Shown: in pieces, positions 23,079 to 41,075 of the stretch
How positions within the stretch are numbered: position 1 is the first letter of the stretch
How the letters are laid out: the number at the start of each line of letters is the position of its first letter
Source: Hormiphora californensis
Lineage: Eukaryota; Animalia; Ctenophora
Direction of reading: 5' to 3'
NCBI GenBank assembly: GCA_020137815.1
Contig: CM035359.1
Span: forward strand, 3,782,001-3,846,000
DNA length: 64,000 bases
Program-made: the position numbers and the translations under genes
Notes under the pieces: model-generated
What the model was told of the DNA's origin: nothing
Seen by the model: only the letters and a program-made list of their open reading frames with translations
Databases searched by the model: none

Positions 23079-23421
23079 ATAGTGGGGAAACAGTCGTGTC
23101 TGAACCTCAGGTCCAGTGCACAGCTATTTTCCACTGAGACCTAAGATCTCCGGTTTCAGTGACGGGAAATAGCCGTCACTGACACCTGAGTTCTCAAAAT
23201 GATCGTAGGAGCTCTAGGGGTAAGCTAAAATTGGAAAATTGGATTTGATTTATGAGTTGGGACAAATAGCACATCACGGTGTGCCTGAACAAAGTTTAAC
23301 CTCGGATGAAAAATGGTTCATCAGAGATTTTCAAACATAACAAAAGTAAACGATAAATACGCTTTAAATCGTTTTTCGTAAAAAGTGTAGGGTGAGCCGA
23401 GCCGTCAGCACGGACTGTTAA

Positions 23422-25675
23422 CCCTTTGACAGCGAGAAGGATTGGCTCGATAGAATTGTCTAATTTTTCGTTTATAAGTAGATGTTATCAACACAAAACG
23501 CCTCGAAAAGGAAATTTGTAATTCCGACATGTAGTTTTTGCTGGGCCCACTGTAGCATATATGATACTATCGCCCGTAAGGGAATTCTAGTAACAAATCT
23601 AAATTGTACAAGTTTGTGGGTGTTATGGCATAAATTCATGCATTCATGAGGTTTGTAGCTACAAGTTCTACATTCGTGAACGGTTTTTACCAGGAAAAGG
23701 ACCCAAATTAGAGATTTGTATCATATATGATACTATCGTCCAAAGGGTAAATTCTCCTAAAACATACATAATTCGGGCTAGAAAAGGAGCTAAGAGACAA
23801 ATGGGGGCACTAAAATGTGTAGAATCATCGCATTAGTGGGGGTAGAGCACATATTTAGGTCGCTATCTGGACCCCTAATTGAGATAATTGCATAATTAGC
23901 TAATTATCTGTCCCGCGCGTGCTAATTATTCGTGAAACTTTGCTCTGGGAAGGAGTTATGAGACAAATGGGGGCACTAAAATGTGTAGAATCATTACATT
24001 AGTGGGGGTAGATCACATATTTAGGTCGCTATCTGGATCCATAATTGAGATAATTGGATAATTAGCTAATTAGTTGCCCTGGAGCGCTAATAAATGAGAC
24101 TTTGTGGAGTATTCAAGACAAGTAGGGGCACTAAAATGTGTAAAATCATCGCCTTAGTGGAGGTAGAGCACATAGCTGAGTTTCTATTCCAACTCCTAAA
24201 TGAGATAATTGGATAATTAGCTAATTGACGGTTGCACACCGTCCACTTTTCACTAAATCCCGTGGTTTCTAGGTAATCCTGAGCTCTTTTGTTCAATCTA
24301 AGGATCTTCTGACATCCCCTAATATCCCTAAACCCCTATAACCGTGTGTCCAAACAATAAATATGGGAAACTGTAGTACATTAGAGGTTGAACGTGTTGT
24401 AGGAGCAATAGGATATACAAATTCTATAGGATTGTAGTTGGATCTTGGATGTATGAGAGGTCTAGGATGGAGCAAGAGGGTTCTAAAGAGCTGAAGGCAG
24501 TGTCTAGGGTTGTATCGAGTGCTATACTATTGTGTAAAACGAGTCATAGGTGATACAAATGGGGTAAGGGGTTGTCAGAAGATCCTTAGATTGAACAAAA
24601 GAGCTCAGGATTACCTAGAAACCACGGGATTTGGTGAAAAGTGGACGGTGTGCAACCGTCAATTAGCTAATTATCCAATTATCTCAATTAGGAGTGGGAA
24701 TAGAAACTCAGCTATGTGCTCTAACCCCGCTAAGGCGATGATTTTACACATTTTAGTGCCCTCACTTGTCTTGTATACTCCGCCTAGTCTCATTTATTAC
24801 CGCTCCAGGGCAACTAATTAGCTAACTATCCAATTATCTCAATTATGGATCTAGATAGCGACCTAAAATGTGCTCTACCCCCACTAATTTGATGATTCTA
24901 CACATTTTAGTGCCCCCATTTGTCTCATAACTCCTTCCCAGAGCAAAGTTTCATGAATAATTAGCATGCACGGGACAGATAATTAGCTAATTATCCAATT
25001 ATCTCAATTAGGGATCCAGATAGCGACCTAAATATGTGCTCTACCCCCACTAATGCGATGATTCTACACATTTTAGTGCCCTGATTTGTCTCTTAGCTCC
25101 TTTTCTAGCCCGAATTATGTATGTTTTAGGAGAATTTACCCTTAGGACGATAGTATCATATATGATACAAATCTCTAATTTGGGTTCTTTTCCTGGTAAA
25201 AACCGTTCACGATTGTAGAACTTGTAGCTACATACCACATGAAAGCATAAATTTATGCCATAGCACCCACAAACTTGTACAATTTAGATTTGTTACTAGA
25301 ATTCCCTTACGGGCGATAGTATCATATATGATACGGCGCCTTAAATGTTAATAACTCATTCAATTTTCAATATTTTTTGATGCGGCTTTTTGCATTCGGT
25401 CGGTTATGACGAGCACTTTTATTCCTTCAAAGGATTAGTTGTGCCCCCAAAAAATAAAAAAATGAGAAATGTTTTTAAAAAAAGGCCGAAATTAGCCTCC
25501 TTAGAAGGGCTATAAAATTTTTTTCTTGATTTTCTGAGCTGATCTGGACGTGGTTTTAGGTTCATAATCCCTAAAACTAGCTTGTGACAAAATATGGGCC
25601 ACCTAGATAAAACATAAGGACTTCCAGGCCGCCTAGAATAGACTGTAGCATATATGCTCTGTCGCCGTCAAAGGG
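23422..25675. mobile_element. Non-autonomous piggyBac element
   Basis: TTAA TSD (23418-23421, 25676-25679), TIR CCCTTTGAC[A/G]GCGA, ~750-bp internal inverted repeats; empty TTAA site in the duplicate at 29925-29928. Confidence 0.93.
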
Positions 25676-26535
25676 TTAAATGCTAGGCGCTACAAGGGTA
25701 ACTAGACCTCCCCTTGAGCGTGCTCGACAACCTACGGACTGGGGTTTCCAGCCCAATAAACCTTGCTGGTCTAGCAGCGTGCAAGACCCATATCCTTGCA
25801 CCGATCAGTATCCTTAGGATTTGTGACTGGCCGAGATCCAACCATACGTGAAGCTCCTATTGCCGATACTAAGTGTCCCCACTTATAGAGAGTTGCCAAT
25901 GTGGCTAGAAGTGAGACTGGAGGCACTTTGTATCCCAAACTAAGCATAAGGAGTTTCCTTATCCGATACCTAGTGTTCCCCTAGAGTGAGCATTGCCAAT
26001 ATGGCAAGAAGAGATGATATAGAGAACCCCTCGAGAATATTGGGGAACACCGAGTAGAGTTGTACTAATTGAAATGGGTCGGTTAAAAGGTTGTAACTAA
26101 TGTGCCCCTAATTTAACTACAATCATATATACAATAGATAATACAACATAAATTGCTAATAACTCAACTCCCTCAAACAACTCTTTCTCCTCCAATATAT
26201 AAGAGAGATGGTTCCCCACCATCTCCCGAACTACATATTCTACTCCCCTCAAAACAGAACACTCTTCTCTCTTCTCTCCTCTCTCGCTCTCTGGTCACCT
26301 CTTTCTCAGATCACGCGATCCACGCCAGCTTAGGCTGACGTGGCACCTTCTCCTCTCGGCACGTCGCACAATCCCCTGTACGCGGCTTCTCGCTATTCCT
26401 ACTCATCTAAAACAGTGACCCAAATTCTTATCTTCTAATATCTCTCCATAACTATTGTAACAAATAAATAATAACGAAGTAAAACAACTACGTATTTGGT
26501 ACGCTACAATTGTTTCATCGCAACCCTTACGGGAA

Positions 26536-29500
26536 ACGCAGCTGAAAGTCAGTACTTTCTCAATATAGGAACTTCTAATGAGAAGCTGGTGTCCAATAAG
26601 AGCTACGTCAGTGTAAACCAGTAAGTATAAATGGCTGATCACTTTTTTCATCACTTTTTTCCATCTTTTTTTTTCCATCTCTTATCATCTCTTATCATCT
26701 CGTATCATCTCTTATCATCATCTTTTTATCATCTCTCATACTTAGTCTTTCCTGAAATATGTTTTTTTCTTCAATATTTCTTGGCTGCATATATATGTTT
26801 GGGTTACCAATCAATATTTCTCTAGGTCTGTGCTCATCGACGGAACCTCAGAAGTTGTCAACATTTCCGGTGCCAGAGACCGTGGACCTCAGTAAAATCG
26901 TGGTGCAAGTTGGCGACTTGTTCTACTTTTTCGGCACCACCAATGTCACGTTTGCCGAAACGGAATCTTATTTTAGCATCAAGTGTAGCTCATCGGGAAG
27001 CCTCATTGATGTAAATATACAGTCGGACGTCGGACCCCGATTTACCAGGATGCTCGGGGGCATAATTATATCTAACAATTATTTATTTAATTAATTAATT
27101 AATGGTCCCTGCATCTGACAGGTGATGGTTGATTGGAAAGAAGTCGAATATGGAGCTGACACACTACAAGGATGACTGCAACGGAACTGCCGAACCAGAG
27201 GACGCGTACGATATCGCATACTCCACCTCAGGCATCTCTGAACTTATCATGGTGGCTACAGAGAAAGACTTTACAACCTGGACTAAAGGCAGCAAGAAGA
27301 GCAACAAAATAAATGTGTTCTATACGATCAAGACGCCCGAGATTGTTAACGGATCAAACACTATTCCAGCGGTATGTATACTGTTCAATTGTAACACGCA
27401 GTATAAAACTGCAGTAATCAGTTCTGAGATTCAACAAACCGGTGGTCGTGGTAAAAAATATTTCGGAAACTGCAATCCTAAACTCTAGGATACTCTAAAC
27501 AGCACAAAACATGTTTGCGGGTTTTATTTTATAAATCCTACTAAACCTCCCTTCTCTCTCTCCCAGACATACAAATCTGACTATCTAAAGCTGACGGGGA
27601 TCACTCCTTACAAAACAGCCGGAGTGGAGCAAATGTGGACCATGCGAGGGGTCATCATTTGCCCCACTGAGCGGGGTCAACAGATTCTAGACAACAGTGT
27701 GGAGGAGCCAGTTAACGGGGCTGGAGCAAAGTACTATGTTAGTACCCGGGGAATAACAGGTAAGGATGTTACCATGGTTACTGCATGAATCAGATATTAG
27801 CAGCATAATTATGCATAACTCACTGATCGAGCCATTGCATATATCATGGCAGTTCTAATCCTGTGTTTCATGGTAACTGCATCGTCATTATATTGCAATG
27901 GCTTTCTTTATTATCTTTGGTCTGGCATCTGGTAGGCCAGGTAAGTCGGAAGAACCTGTCCGTTTGTCTCATGAGCGCTCATGAGTGTATCATGAGTGTG
28001 TCATGAGTGTATCATAAGCGCTCATGAGACGTTTTTCGGTGTTTCAACGTCTCATGAGTGTATCATGAGTGTATCATGAGTGTATCATGAGTGTGTCATG
28101 AGCGCTCAAGAGACGCTGCTCATGAGACATATGTCTCATTCCATCTCTGTTTCAATTTCTCATAAAGTGCGATTTTTAATATAGTCAAATTTTTAATAAA
28201 GTGAACCGCTTGCGCGCGAAATGGTTTTCCCACGCACCGTGGGAAAGTTTTTTTCCTGATTTTTTCGATCATATCTCTGGCTCCTGATAACACGGTCGCT
28301 TGTAGTGGGAAAACGGTAATGAAAAACGAAAGATACAGTAAGACGACGCGCAACCGTGACCAATCAGGGCGCTAGTACGTGCTGACACATGAACTTTTTG
28401 CCGCGCGTTATGCACCGTGCGCGTCTCCTTACTGTATTTTCATTACGGTAATTTGACTACAAGCAGCACTGTAAGATAAAGACTTCATCTTGGTTGCGTT
28501 AGAAAGAGAAAAACTGTATCTTTCCAATGCGACCAAAAAAGTCTCTATCTTATCAAGAACCGGATTTAGCACGCGCAAAAACTTTTTGCGCACAGTGTGC
28601 GGAAAGTTTTTGCGTGCAAGCGGTTCGCTTTATTAAAAATCGGACTTTAAAGCGAACCGGGGGCGCACAAATCAGAGCATTTCACACACATCACACGTCA
28701 CGCACTACCAATTTCAATTCAAAACTTCATTTTGCGCGCCCCCCGTTCGCTTTCTTAAAAATCGGACTTTAAGCGCTCATGAGATGTTTTGACCTGCATA
28801 TGCTTATGAGTGTATCATGAGACATGTCTCATGAGACATGTCTCATGAGACATGTCTCATGAGACGTTAGGTTTATGGTTAGGGGTAGGTTTAGGGTTGG
28901 GCTTGGGTTAGGGCTATCCATTAGGCCTAGGGCACCGTAGGGGTAGGGTTAGGGTTGAGGGTCACCACACACCAAAGTTAAAATTAAAATTTTGATTTTA
29001 AACCCGCACACACCAGCGGCCGTTAAAATTTCTCTCCCCATTCTAAAAGTAACAATCTCACGCACGATTTTGACGGTCGCGTTGGATGACAAATTTTTAA
29101 AACACCGTTAAAATCGTGTGCGAGATTGTTACTTTTAGAATGGGGGAGAGAAATTTTAACGGCCGCTGGTGTGTGCGGGTTTAAAATCAAAATTTTAATT
29201 TTAATTTTAACTTTGGTGTGTGGTGACCCTTACCCATAGGCTTAAACACCTAGCCCTACCCTCTACGGGTCCCTAGACCTAAGGAATAGCTCTAACCCTA
29301 GGCTAGGGTTGGGCTAGGATCCCTAGCACAACCCTAATTAATTAATTAATTTTGACTATTCCCACTTTTTGTAGATCATTTTTTATGCATGCGTTTTTTT
29401 TCTCTGTTTTCTCTGTATTCATAATTATGTATAATTATTAGGGTGTGCACTGTGCTAAGTTAATTTTTGTCGACTTGGTTGATATCAAACTATGAACAAT

Positions 29501-30787
29501 TCTTTACAACATCCTAAAAACATAATTGAGGTATACCTCAATTATGTTTTTAGGATGTTGTAAAGAATTGTTCATAGTTTGATATATAGTGGGGAAACAG
29601 TCGTGTCTGAACCTCAGGTCCAGTGCACAGCTATTTTCCACTGAGACCTAAGATCTCCGGTTTCAGTGACGGGAAATAGCCGTCACTGACACCTGAGTTC
29701 TCAAAATGATCGTAGGAGCTCTAGGGGTAAGCTAAAATTGGAAAATTGGATTTGATTTATGAGTTGGGACAAATAGCACATCACGGTGTGCCTGAACAAA
29801 GTTTAACCTCGGATGAAAAATGGTTCATCAGAGATTTTCAAACATAACAAAAGTAAACGATAAATACGCTTTAAATCGTTTTTCGTAAAAAGTGTAGGGT
29901 GAGCCGAGCCGTCAGCACGGACTGTTAAATGCTAGGCGCTACAAGGGTAACTAGACCTCCCCTTGAGCGTGCTCGACAACCTACGGACTGGGGTTTCCAG
30001 CCCAATAAACCTTGCTGGTCTAGCAGCGTGCAAGACCCATATCCTTGCACCGATCAGTATCCTTAGGATTTGTGACTGGCCGAGATCCAACCATACGTGA
30101 AGCTCCTATTGCCGATACTAAGTGTCCCCACTTATAGAGAGTTGCCAATGTGGCTAGAAGTGAGACTGGAGGCACTTTGTATCCCAAACTAAGCATAAGG
30201 AGTTTCCTTATCCGATACCTAGTGTTCCCCTAGAGTGAGCATTGCCAATATGGCAAGAAGAGATGATATAGAGAACCCCTCGAGAATATTGGGGAACACC
30301 GAGTAGAGTTGTACTAATTGAAATGGGTCGGTTAAAAGGTTGTAACTAATGTGCCCCTAATTTAACTACAATCATATATACAATAGATAATACAACATAA
30401 ATTGCTAATAACTCAACTCCCTCAAACAACTCTTTCTCCTCCAATATATAAGAGAGATGGTTCCCCACCATCTCCCGAACTACATATTCTACTCCCCTCA
30501 AAACAGAACACTCTTCTCTCTTCTCTCCTCTCTCGCTCTCTGGTCACCTCTTTCTCAGATCACGCGATCCACGCCAGCTTAGGCTGACGTGGCACCTTCT
30601 CCTCTCGGCACGTCGCACAATCCCCTGTACGCGGCTTCTCGCTATTCCTACTCATCTAAAACAGTGACCCAAATTCTTATCTTCTAATATCTCTCCATAA
30701 CTATTGTAACAAATAAATAATAACGAAGTAAAACAACTACGTATTTGGTACGCTACAATTGTTTCATCGCAACCCTTACGGGAAACG
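26536..30787 (+). repeat. Tandem duplicate of ~19990-26538, lacking the piggyBac
   Basis: Near-identical sequence and ORFs at offset 6492/6493; indel-rich junction at 26536-26630. Confidence 0.93.
26826..27935 (+). pseudogene. Duplicated 3' exons of the Ig/lectin gene, frameshifted
   Basis: Copies of exons 20334-21442; extra T in GTTGATTGGAAAG (~27133) versus GTTGATGGAAAG; upstream exon scrambled. May be an assembly artefact. Confidence 0.7.
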
Positions 30788-32131
30788 AATCATATATATT
30801 CTCCCCTAAAGAATTCCTAAATATTTGTATCCTCCTAACTCACTCTCAACCATCATAAGATCATCAAATACCTATCATCTGACTAACTCTCAGTCACTCT
30901 GAGAGAGAAACAATGTAGGAACACGAGGAACCTAACTCGTGTGCCCTACAAAAGTCTGAAATACATACACCGGTCTTTATGCTAATAGTCAAAAATAAAA
31001 TATATTCACTGATTAAGTACATGCATGCTACATCTAGTTATTTTCTATTAAATGTGGTTAGATAGAGCAGAGAGAGATAGAGCAGAGAGCTTGGGTGTGC
31101 TGTGCACAGACTGATTAAAATTGATCATGACCACATGTAGTCAAGATTTTGATCAAGTCGCACAGACTGATCAAACTTGATCATTTGATCAAGCTTGGAG
31201 AGCAAAAACTGAAACTAACTGTCCCTAATTGAGCAATAAGACCCAACTATATTCAATTAGGACACTTTCCCGGCCTCTGAGGAATTGGAAATTGCTGACG
31301 TGATTCAGCGTATCAAAATTACTCGGGTACAGTGGTTTTCGCTTTGATCAAAAACTGAAACTAATTTATGTCAGTATAAATTAGTTTCAGTTTTTAATCT
31401 CCAACCTTGAATGATGAAGTTTGATCAGACTGCACGACTTGATCAAAATCTTTATAACATGTGGTCATGATCAAGTTTTATTAATCTGTGTGCGCCCAAA
31501 AGCATCGTATCTGCGGTTAGCTGCCATAAAGAACTACTGCCGGCAATGGTAAAGATCTTCACTGCCAGGCGGCTTGATCCAAAGGTATCATGCCGGGCCA
31601 CACTTGGTGACATAGACACCTGGCGCGACCGAGATTGAGCTCACACGGGGGTCGTGCCAGGTGTCTATGTCACGAAGGGCCACACTTCAAAAATAAGAGT
31701 AAGTGCTACGTCATAGCTTGTACCATTTGTAACAGGACATTAATATTGTCATCACTCAACTTGTTCACTTCTTCTAGCAATTTTGCTTTCCCATTTTTAA
31801 GGTCAAGATTATTGTAGAACTTGCCAGAGGTAATGGCAAATATTTTAGCACTAACTTCATCCGAAAAATGTTTCCTTTGAAAAAAATAAACTTGCCTTGG
31901 TAATGGTATCATTCCAAACCAATCTAAGAAAAAACAAATTTTTTCACTGATTCTAATTAGTTTTATCCTTCCTACCCTGCCAGAAATAGATGGTCCATAT
32001 AGGTCAATATTAGCTCAATTAACGGGGCTATATCGTGCAAAATTACATTGTGGATTGGGCGATTTATTGATCAATACAGGTCCGTATTGTGCCCAATATA
32101 TTGGCCAAATTGAGCAATATACCGTGGAATA

Positions 32132-35902
<3,771 letters not shown>

Positions 35903-36554
35903 TATTGAACAAATGTGGTCCAAATGCGCGCGCATCCGTGGTGCTGAAACGTTGTACTCTCAACATCTCAAATACTGTGCGCGCTCCCGTACCATGAGGA
36001 GCGGCGTCCCAAAATACGCTGGGCGACTGCTGCACCCAATAACGATTTGAAACCAACGTTATACTTGTTACTTTCGTAACCCTCGCTCACGCAAGCCGGC
36101 TCAGCGTTTACAAAAGAGGGTCGCGCAATCTGACAACGTTATACGAACCAATTGTCGTATGCACTTACCGAGTGTAGGAAAACTTCCACTTACTGAAAAT
36201 TGTACTTGCCATGTTCGAACCTCTCTTCCCCTAATGGAATAAAAGTTTTTTATTTGGATGTAGTTCTTGTTTAATTGGTTGCTGTGTGTTTGTTAGAAAT
36301 GTGGTAAAGAAGCACATAATATGATATATAATATATACATATACAGTCGGACCACGATTTAACGGCACCCTTGGGGAAAAGGGTTTTGTCCGTTAAATCA
36401 TAATTGGGGAGACTGGAGAGTAATGGGGATGCAAGAGTTAAAGAACTGCAAATCTATGAGTTCCCCAGAAAACAATAAACTATAGATTGTTTTGTTCAAA
36501 CCACGAGCTTTATTGGGTCGATCTAGGCAAAAACATGACGTACAACGTACGTAC

Positions 36555-38209
36555 CTTGCTGATTTCTACATGTGTCATTGCCTGTCTGTACCCGATAATA
36601 CTGAAAATCACAAGTCCTCCCAGAATAGTCGTGGAGCAGTTGACCACCGTGATAATGATACTGGGAGGAACTTGTTTTAATTTCAGAAACTGACAACCAA
36701 TCAGAAATCTGTATTTAGGTCACGTGACTGGTTATCAACCAATCAGGGACAAGTATTTCCTGAATCCGGCAGCTCCTTTAGCTAACCTGTCTCGAATGAT
36801 GTTATCACAGTTCTTGGTGAAAGACACGATCTAGCTCCAAACCCGATACCCAGTGAGTAGAAGATCTGAGAGGCTGCCGCAGACCAGACACGGACATCTA
36901 GCAGTTGTTGGGCTGAAATGGGATTGGAAGTGATAATAGTAACCATGGTAACCTTGGACCAGACACGAACATCTAGCACTTGTTTGGGCTGGAGGGAGTG
37001 GGAAGTGGTAGTTAGTGTTACACCATGGTATCAAAATGGTAACACCATGGTATCACATTGTGATAATCACAATGGTATCACAATGGTAACACAATGGTAA
37101 CACAATGGTAACACAATGGTAACACAATGGTAACACAATGTTAACACCTGCACCATGGTAACACAATAATTACCTCAGGTGTAAGAAAGTAGACAATACC
37201 GTCATTGGCTCCCTCCAGGGTAACTCCCCGAAACAACAGAATAATCAGAACAACGTAGGGTGCAGTTGCCGAGAAATAATACAACCTGAATAGAGAGATA
37301 GAAGTAAACAACCAATCAGAACTCGTTATTTAGGTCACCTGACTGGTCATCAGCCAATCAGAGACCAGCTAGAACTGACTTACTTTTCCAGTAGTTGCGA
37401 TACCCCGGGCAATGCACACGAAGATGGTAACCCAAGCAATAACGAGACATATATAACAAGGGTCGGGTTAAAAGTCCCTATTTCCGATATGTTTTCGGTT
37501 ATTCCGAGATGTCCATAGTACCTACAAAACAGAGCTGGGTTAGTGAGATGAACTAGACTGACCCACACAAGTAAACAGCAAATCACGAATCTTTATTTAG
37601 GTCACGTGATTTTTTGTCACCCAATCAGGGACCAATATTTCCTAATCTCTCACCAGTAAAACTGTGTCTTGTCTGTTTCACAGCAGGTATGGTTTGTTGT
37701 ACAGGGTGCAGCCCAGGGTAATGGATCAACAAATGACTCAAATAAGTATCTGTCAGGAGAATATCGGATTTAATAAACAACCAATCGGAACTTGTTATTT
37801 AGGTCACGTGACTGGTTATCAGCCAATCAGGGTCCAGTATTTCATGGCACATACCTTATGATCCACATTATTATATAGTTGTAGTAGAGCATACATAAGA
37901 AGCACACTGCCATAGTACACCACCCCACAGTCCACACCAACCAACGCCTTGTGGATGTGCTGCGAGAAGGGGAGGATTAGAGTCAGGCACCGACCGAAAC
38001 AAGTAAACAACCAATCAGAACTCGTTATTAAGGTCACGTGACTGGTTATCAGCCAATCAGGGACCAGTATCGGGGGTAAAAGATATAGATATGTACCTTC
38101 ATAGAGCCAGTTACGCTCTTATTAAAGTGGTTTCCAATGGCCAGTTCTAAACAGAAGAGAGGTAGTCCCTCTACCAGTACCATCACGATGTATGCGAACA
38201 GGAAGGCGC
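36555..38209 (-). pseudogene. SLC6: SLC6 (sodium:neurotransmitter symporter family) transporter fragment, about TM2-TM7, frameshifted
   Basis: Exons encode [112 protein letters not shown]. Several small indels break the frame; no TM1 exon and no TM8-12. Confidence 0.9.
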
Positions 38210-39137
38210 CTGATAAATGAAAGGGAGGTCATTGGAGATTCTAGGTTGGTAAATATCAAAAAACTGGTGAAAAAATTACAGACTTTATTAAATAAGGGTG
38301 ACAAAGCCAACAACCCGCACACTAAAGTGAAAATGGTGAGCACGCCACTGTTACCTTCAATAGTAACCCTCTGTCTCGTTAAAACGGTGAAACTTAGCCC
38401 CCTGAGGGTTGAGATAAATTGCCCATAGTATGAAACGAAACGAAAAAAATTTGAAAAAAAATAAACGAAACGAAACGAAACGAAGAAATTCTTGAAAAGA
38501 AATAAACGAAACGAAAAAATATTAACCAACAATAAACGAAACGAAACGAAACGAAAAATTTTTGAGAAAAAATAAACGAAACGAAACGAAACGAAAAAAT
38601 ATTGACCAAAAATAAACGAAACGAAAAAAATCGAGAAAAAATAAACTGCAATCGGTCAAGAAACAAAATTTAAAACTAGCGTGAATAGGTGTGAAAGGAA
38701 CAATTAAATTATATACCTCATTAGCTGTTATGGATGGTGGATGTGCGGCCGCGGCCGGAGCGTACATGAAAGGTGTAGGCATCTGATATTCTCCAATATG
38801 ATACATGTGCTATAGAGATTACAATAGGGACGAATTAGGAAAGGGAAATTTTGTTAATTTATGTAGACTGGACACGCAGATTATACTTTATAGAAATCTA
38901 TTGTAGAAAAGGACGTATAAAACACTTCAGTTCAACAGTGCACAAATCCTCTCTTACACTCAACGCACAAATCTATCGAATAATAAGTTAAAAACACAAA
39001 GAAACGCTTGCTACACATGCTTTACGTGTACTGATTATCATCAGTCAAAATCATAATGAAGCAGGCAATAAATAATAAGTTATACGATCATTAAAAAGAC
39101 TGTAATTTTAATTTAGAGCTATGATAAAAAATACAGT

Positions 39138-40282
39138 ACCGAAACAAGTAAACAACCAATCAGAACTCGTTATTAAGGTCACGTGACTGGTTATCAGCCA
39201 ATCAGGGACCAGTATCGGGGGTAAAAGATATAGATATGTACCTTCATAGAGCCAGTTACGCTCTTATTAAAGTGGTTTCCAATGGCCAGTTCTAAACAGA
39301 AGAGAGGTAGTCCCTCTACCAGTACCATCACGATGTATGCGAACAGGAAGGCGCCTGATAAATGAAAGGGAGGTCATTGGAGATTCTAGGTTGGTAAATA
39401 TCAAAAAACTGGTGAAAAAATTACAGACTTTATTAAATAAGGGTGACAAAGCCAACAACCCGCACACTAAAGTGAAAATGGTGAGCACGCCACTGTTACC
39501 TTCAATAGTAACCCTCTGTCTCGTTAAAACGGTGAAACTTAGCCCCCTGAGGGTTGAGATAAATTGCCCATAGTATGAAACGAAACGAAAAAAATTTGAA
39601 AAAAAATAAACGAAACGAAACGAAACGAAGAAATTCTTGAAAAGAAATAAACGAAACGAAAAAATATTAACCAACAATAAACGAAACGAAACGAAACGAA
39701 AAATTTTTGAGAAAAAATAAACGAAACGAAACGAAACGAAAAAATATTGACCAAAAATAAACGAAACGAAAAAAATCGAGAAAAAATAAACTGCAATCGG
39801 TCAAGAAACAAAATTTAAAACTAGCGTGAATAGGTGTGAAAGGAACAATTAAATTATATACCTCATTAGCTGTTATGGATGGTGGATGTGCGGCCGCGGC
39901 CGGAGCGTACATGAAAGGTGTAGGCATCTGATATTCTCCAATATGATACATGTGCTATAGAGATTACAATAGGGACGAATTAGGAAAGGGAAATTTTGTT
40001 AATTTATGTAGACTGGACACGCAGATTATACTTTATAGAAATCTATTGTAGAAAAGGACGTATAAAACACTTCAGTTCAACAGTGCACAAATCCTCTCTT
40101 ACACTCAACGCACAAATCTATCGAATAATAAGTTAAAAACACAAAGAAACGCTTGCTACACATGCTTTACGTGTACTGATTATCATCAGTCAAAATCATA
40201 ATGAAGCAGGCAATAAATAATAAGTTATACGATCATTAAAAAGACTGTAATTTTAATTTAGAGCTATGATAAAAAATACAGT
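39138..40282. repeat. Tandem duplicate of 37993-39137 (1145 bp), including the first SLC6 exon and a putative CACTA end
   Basis: Identical ORF sets at offset 1145. Confidence 0.95.
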
Positions 40283-40508
40283 GCCAGACAACTAGATATA
40301 TTATCTATTTGTCTGGCACTGTATTTTTGTGTATGTATACATACATACACAAAAAACACAGACACACACTCACAGAAAGTACATTATACAATAATGAGGG
40401 GTGTGATACCACGCAATTCAACCCAAGACTCGAGAACAAACTAAAAATACGACTCTGCACCTTGTTACGCAGCAATTTAAAGCTATTACACAACATCTGT
40501 GTGTCCCT

Positions 40509-41075
40509 GTGATAATGATACTGGGAGGAACTTGTTTTAATTTCAGAAACTGACAACCAATCAGAAATCTGTATTTAGGTCACGTGACTGGTTACCAACC
40601 AATCAGGGACAAGTATTTCCTGAATCCGGCAGCTCCTTTAGCTCACCTGTCTCGAATGATGTTATCACAGTTCTTGGTGAAAGACACGATAGCTCCAAAC
40701 CCGATACCCAGTGAGTAGAAGATCTGAGAGGCTGCCGCAGATCAGACACGGACATCTAGCAGTTGTTGGGCTGAAATGGGATTGGAAGTGATAATAGTAA
40801 CCATGGTAACCTTGGACCAGACACGAACATCTAGCACTTGTTTGGGCTGGAGGGAGTGGGAAGTGGTAGTTAGTGTTACACCATGGTAACACCATGGTAT
40901 CACAATGGTATCACAATGGTAACACCATGGTAACACAATGGTAACACAATGGTAACACAATGGTAACACAATGGTAACACAATGGTAACACAATGTTAAC
41001 ACCTGCACCATGGTAACACAATAATTACCTCAGGTGTAAGAAAGTAGACAATACCGTCATTGGCTCCCTCCAGGG
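40509..41075 (-). pseudogene. SLC6: Second partial copy of SLC6 exons (duplicate of 36649-37220)
   Basis: Near-identical; lacks the 2-bp insertion after GFGA seen at ~36830; longer AATGGTAACAC array. Confidence 0.85.

Noticed and set aside
29893-30652. Solo LTR (TGTAGG...CCTAC, also 23386-26403 around the piggyBac)
   Set aside because: Imperfect inverted ends are suggestive, but there is no clean CA end, TSD, PBS/PPT or internal domain; left uncalled.
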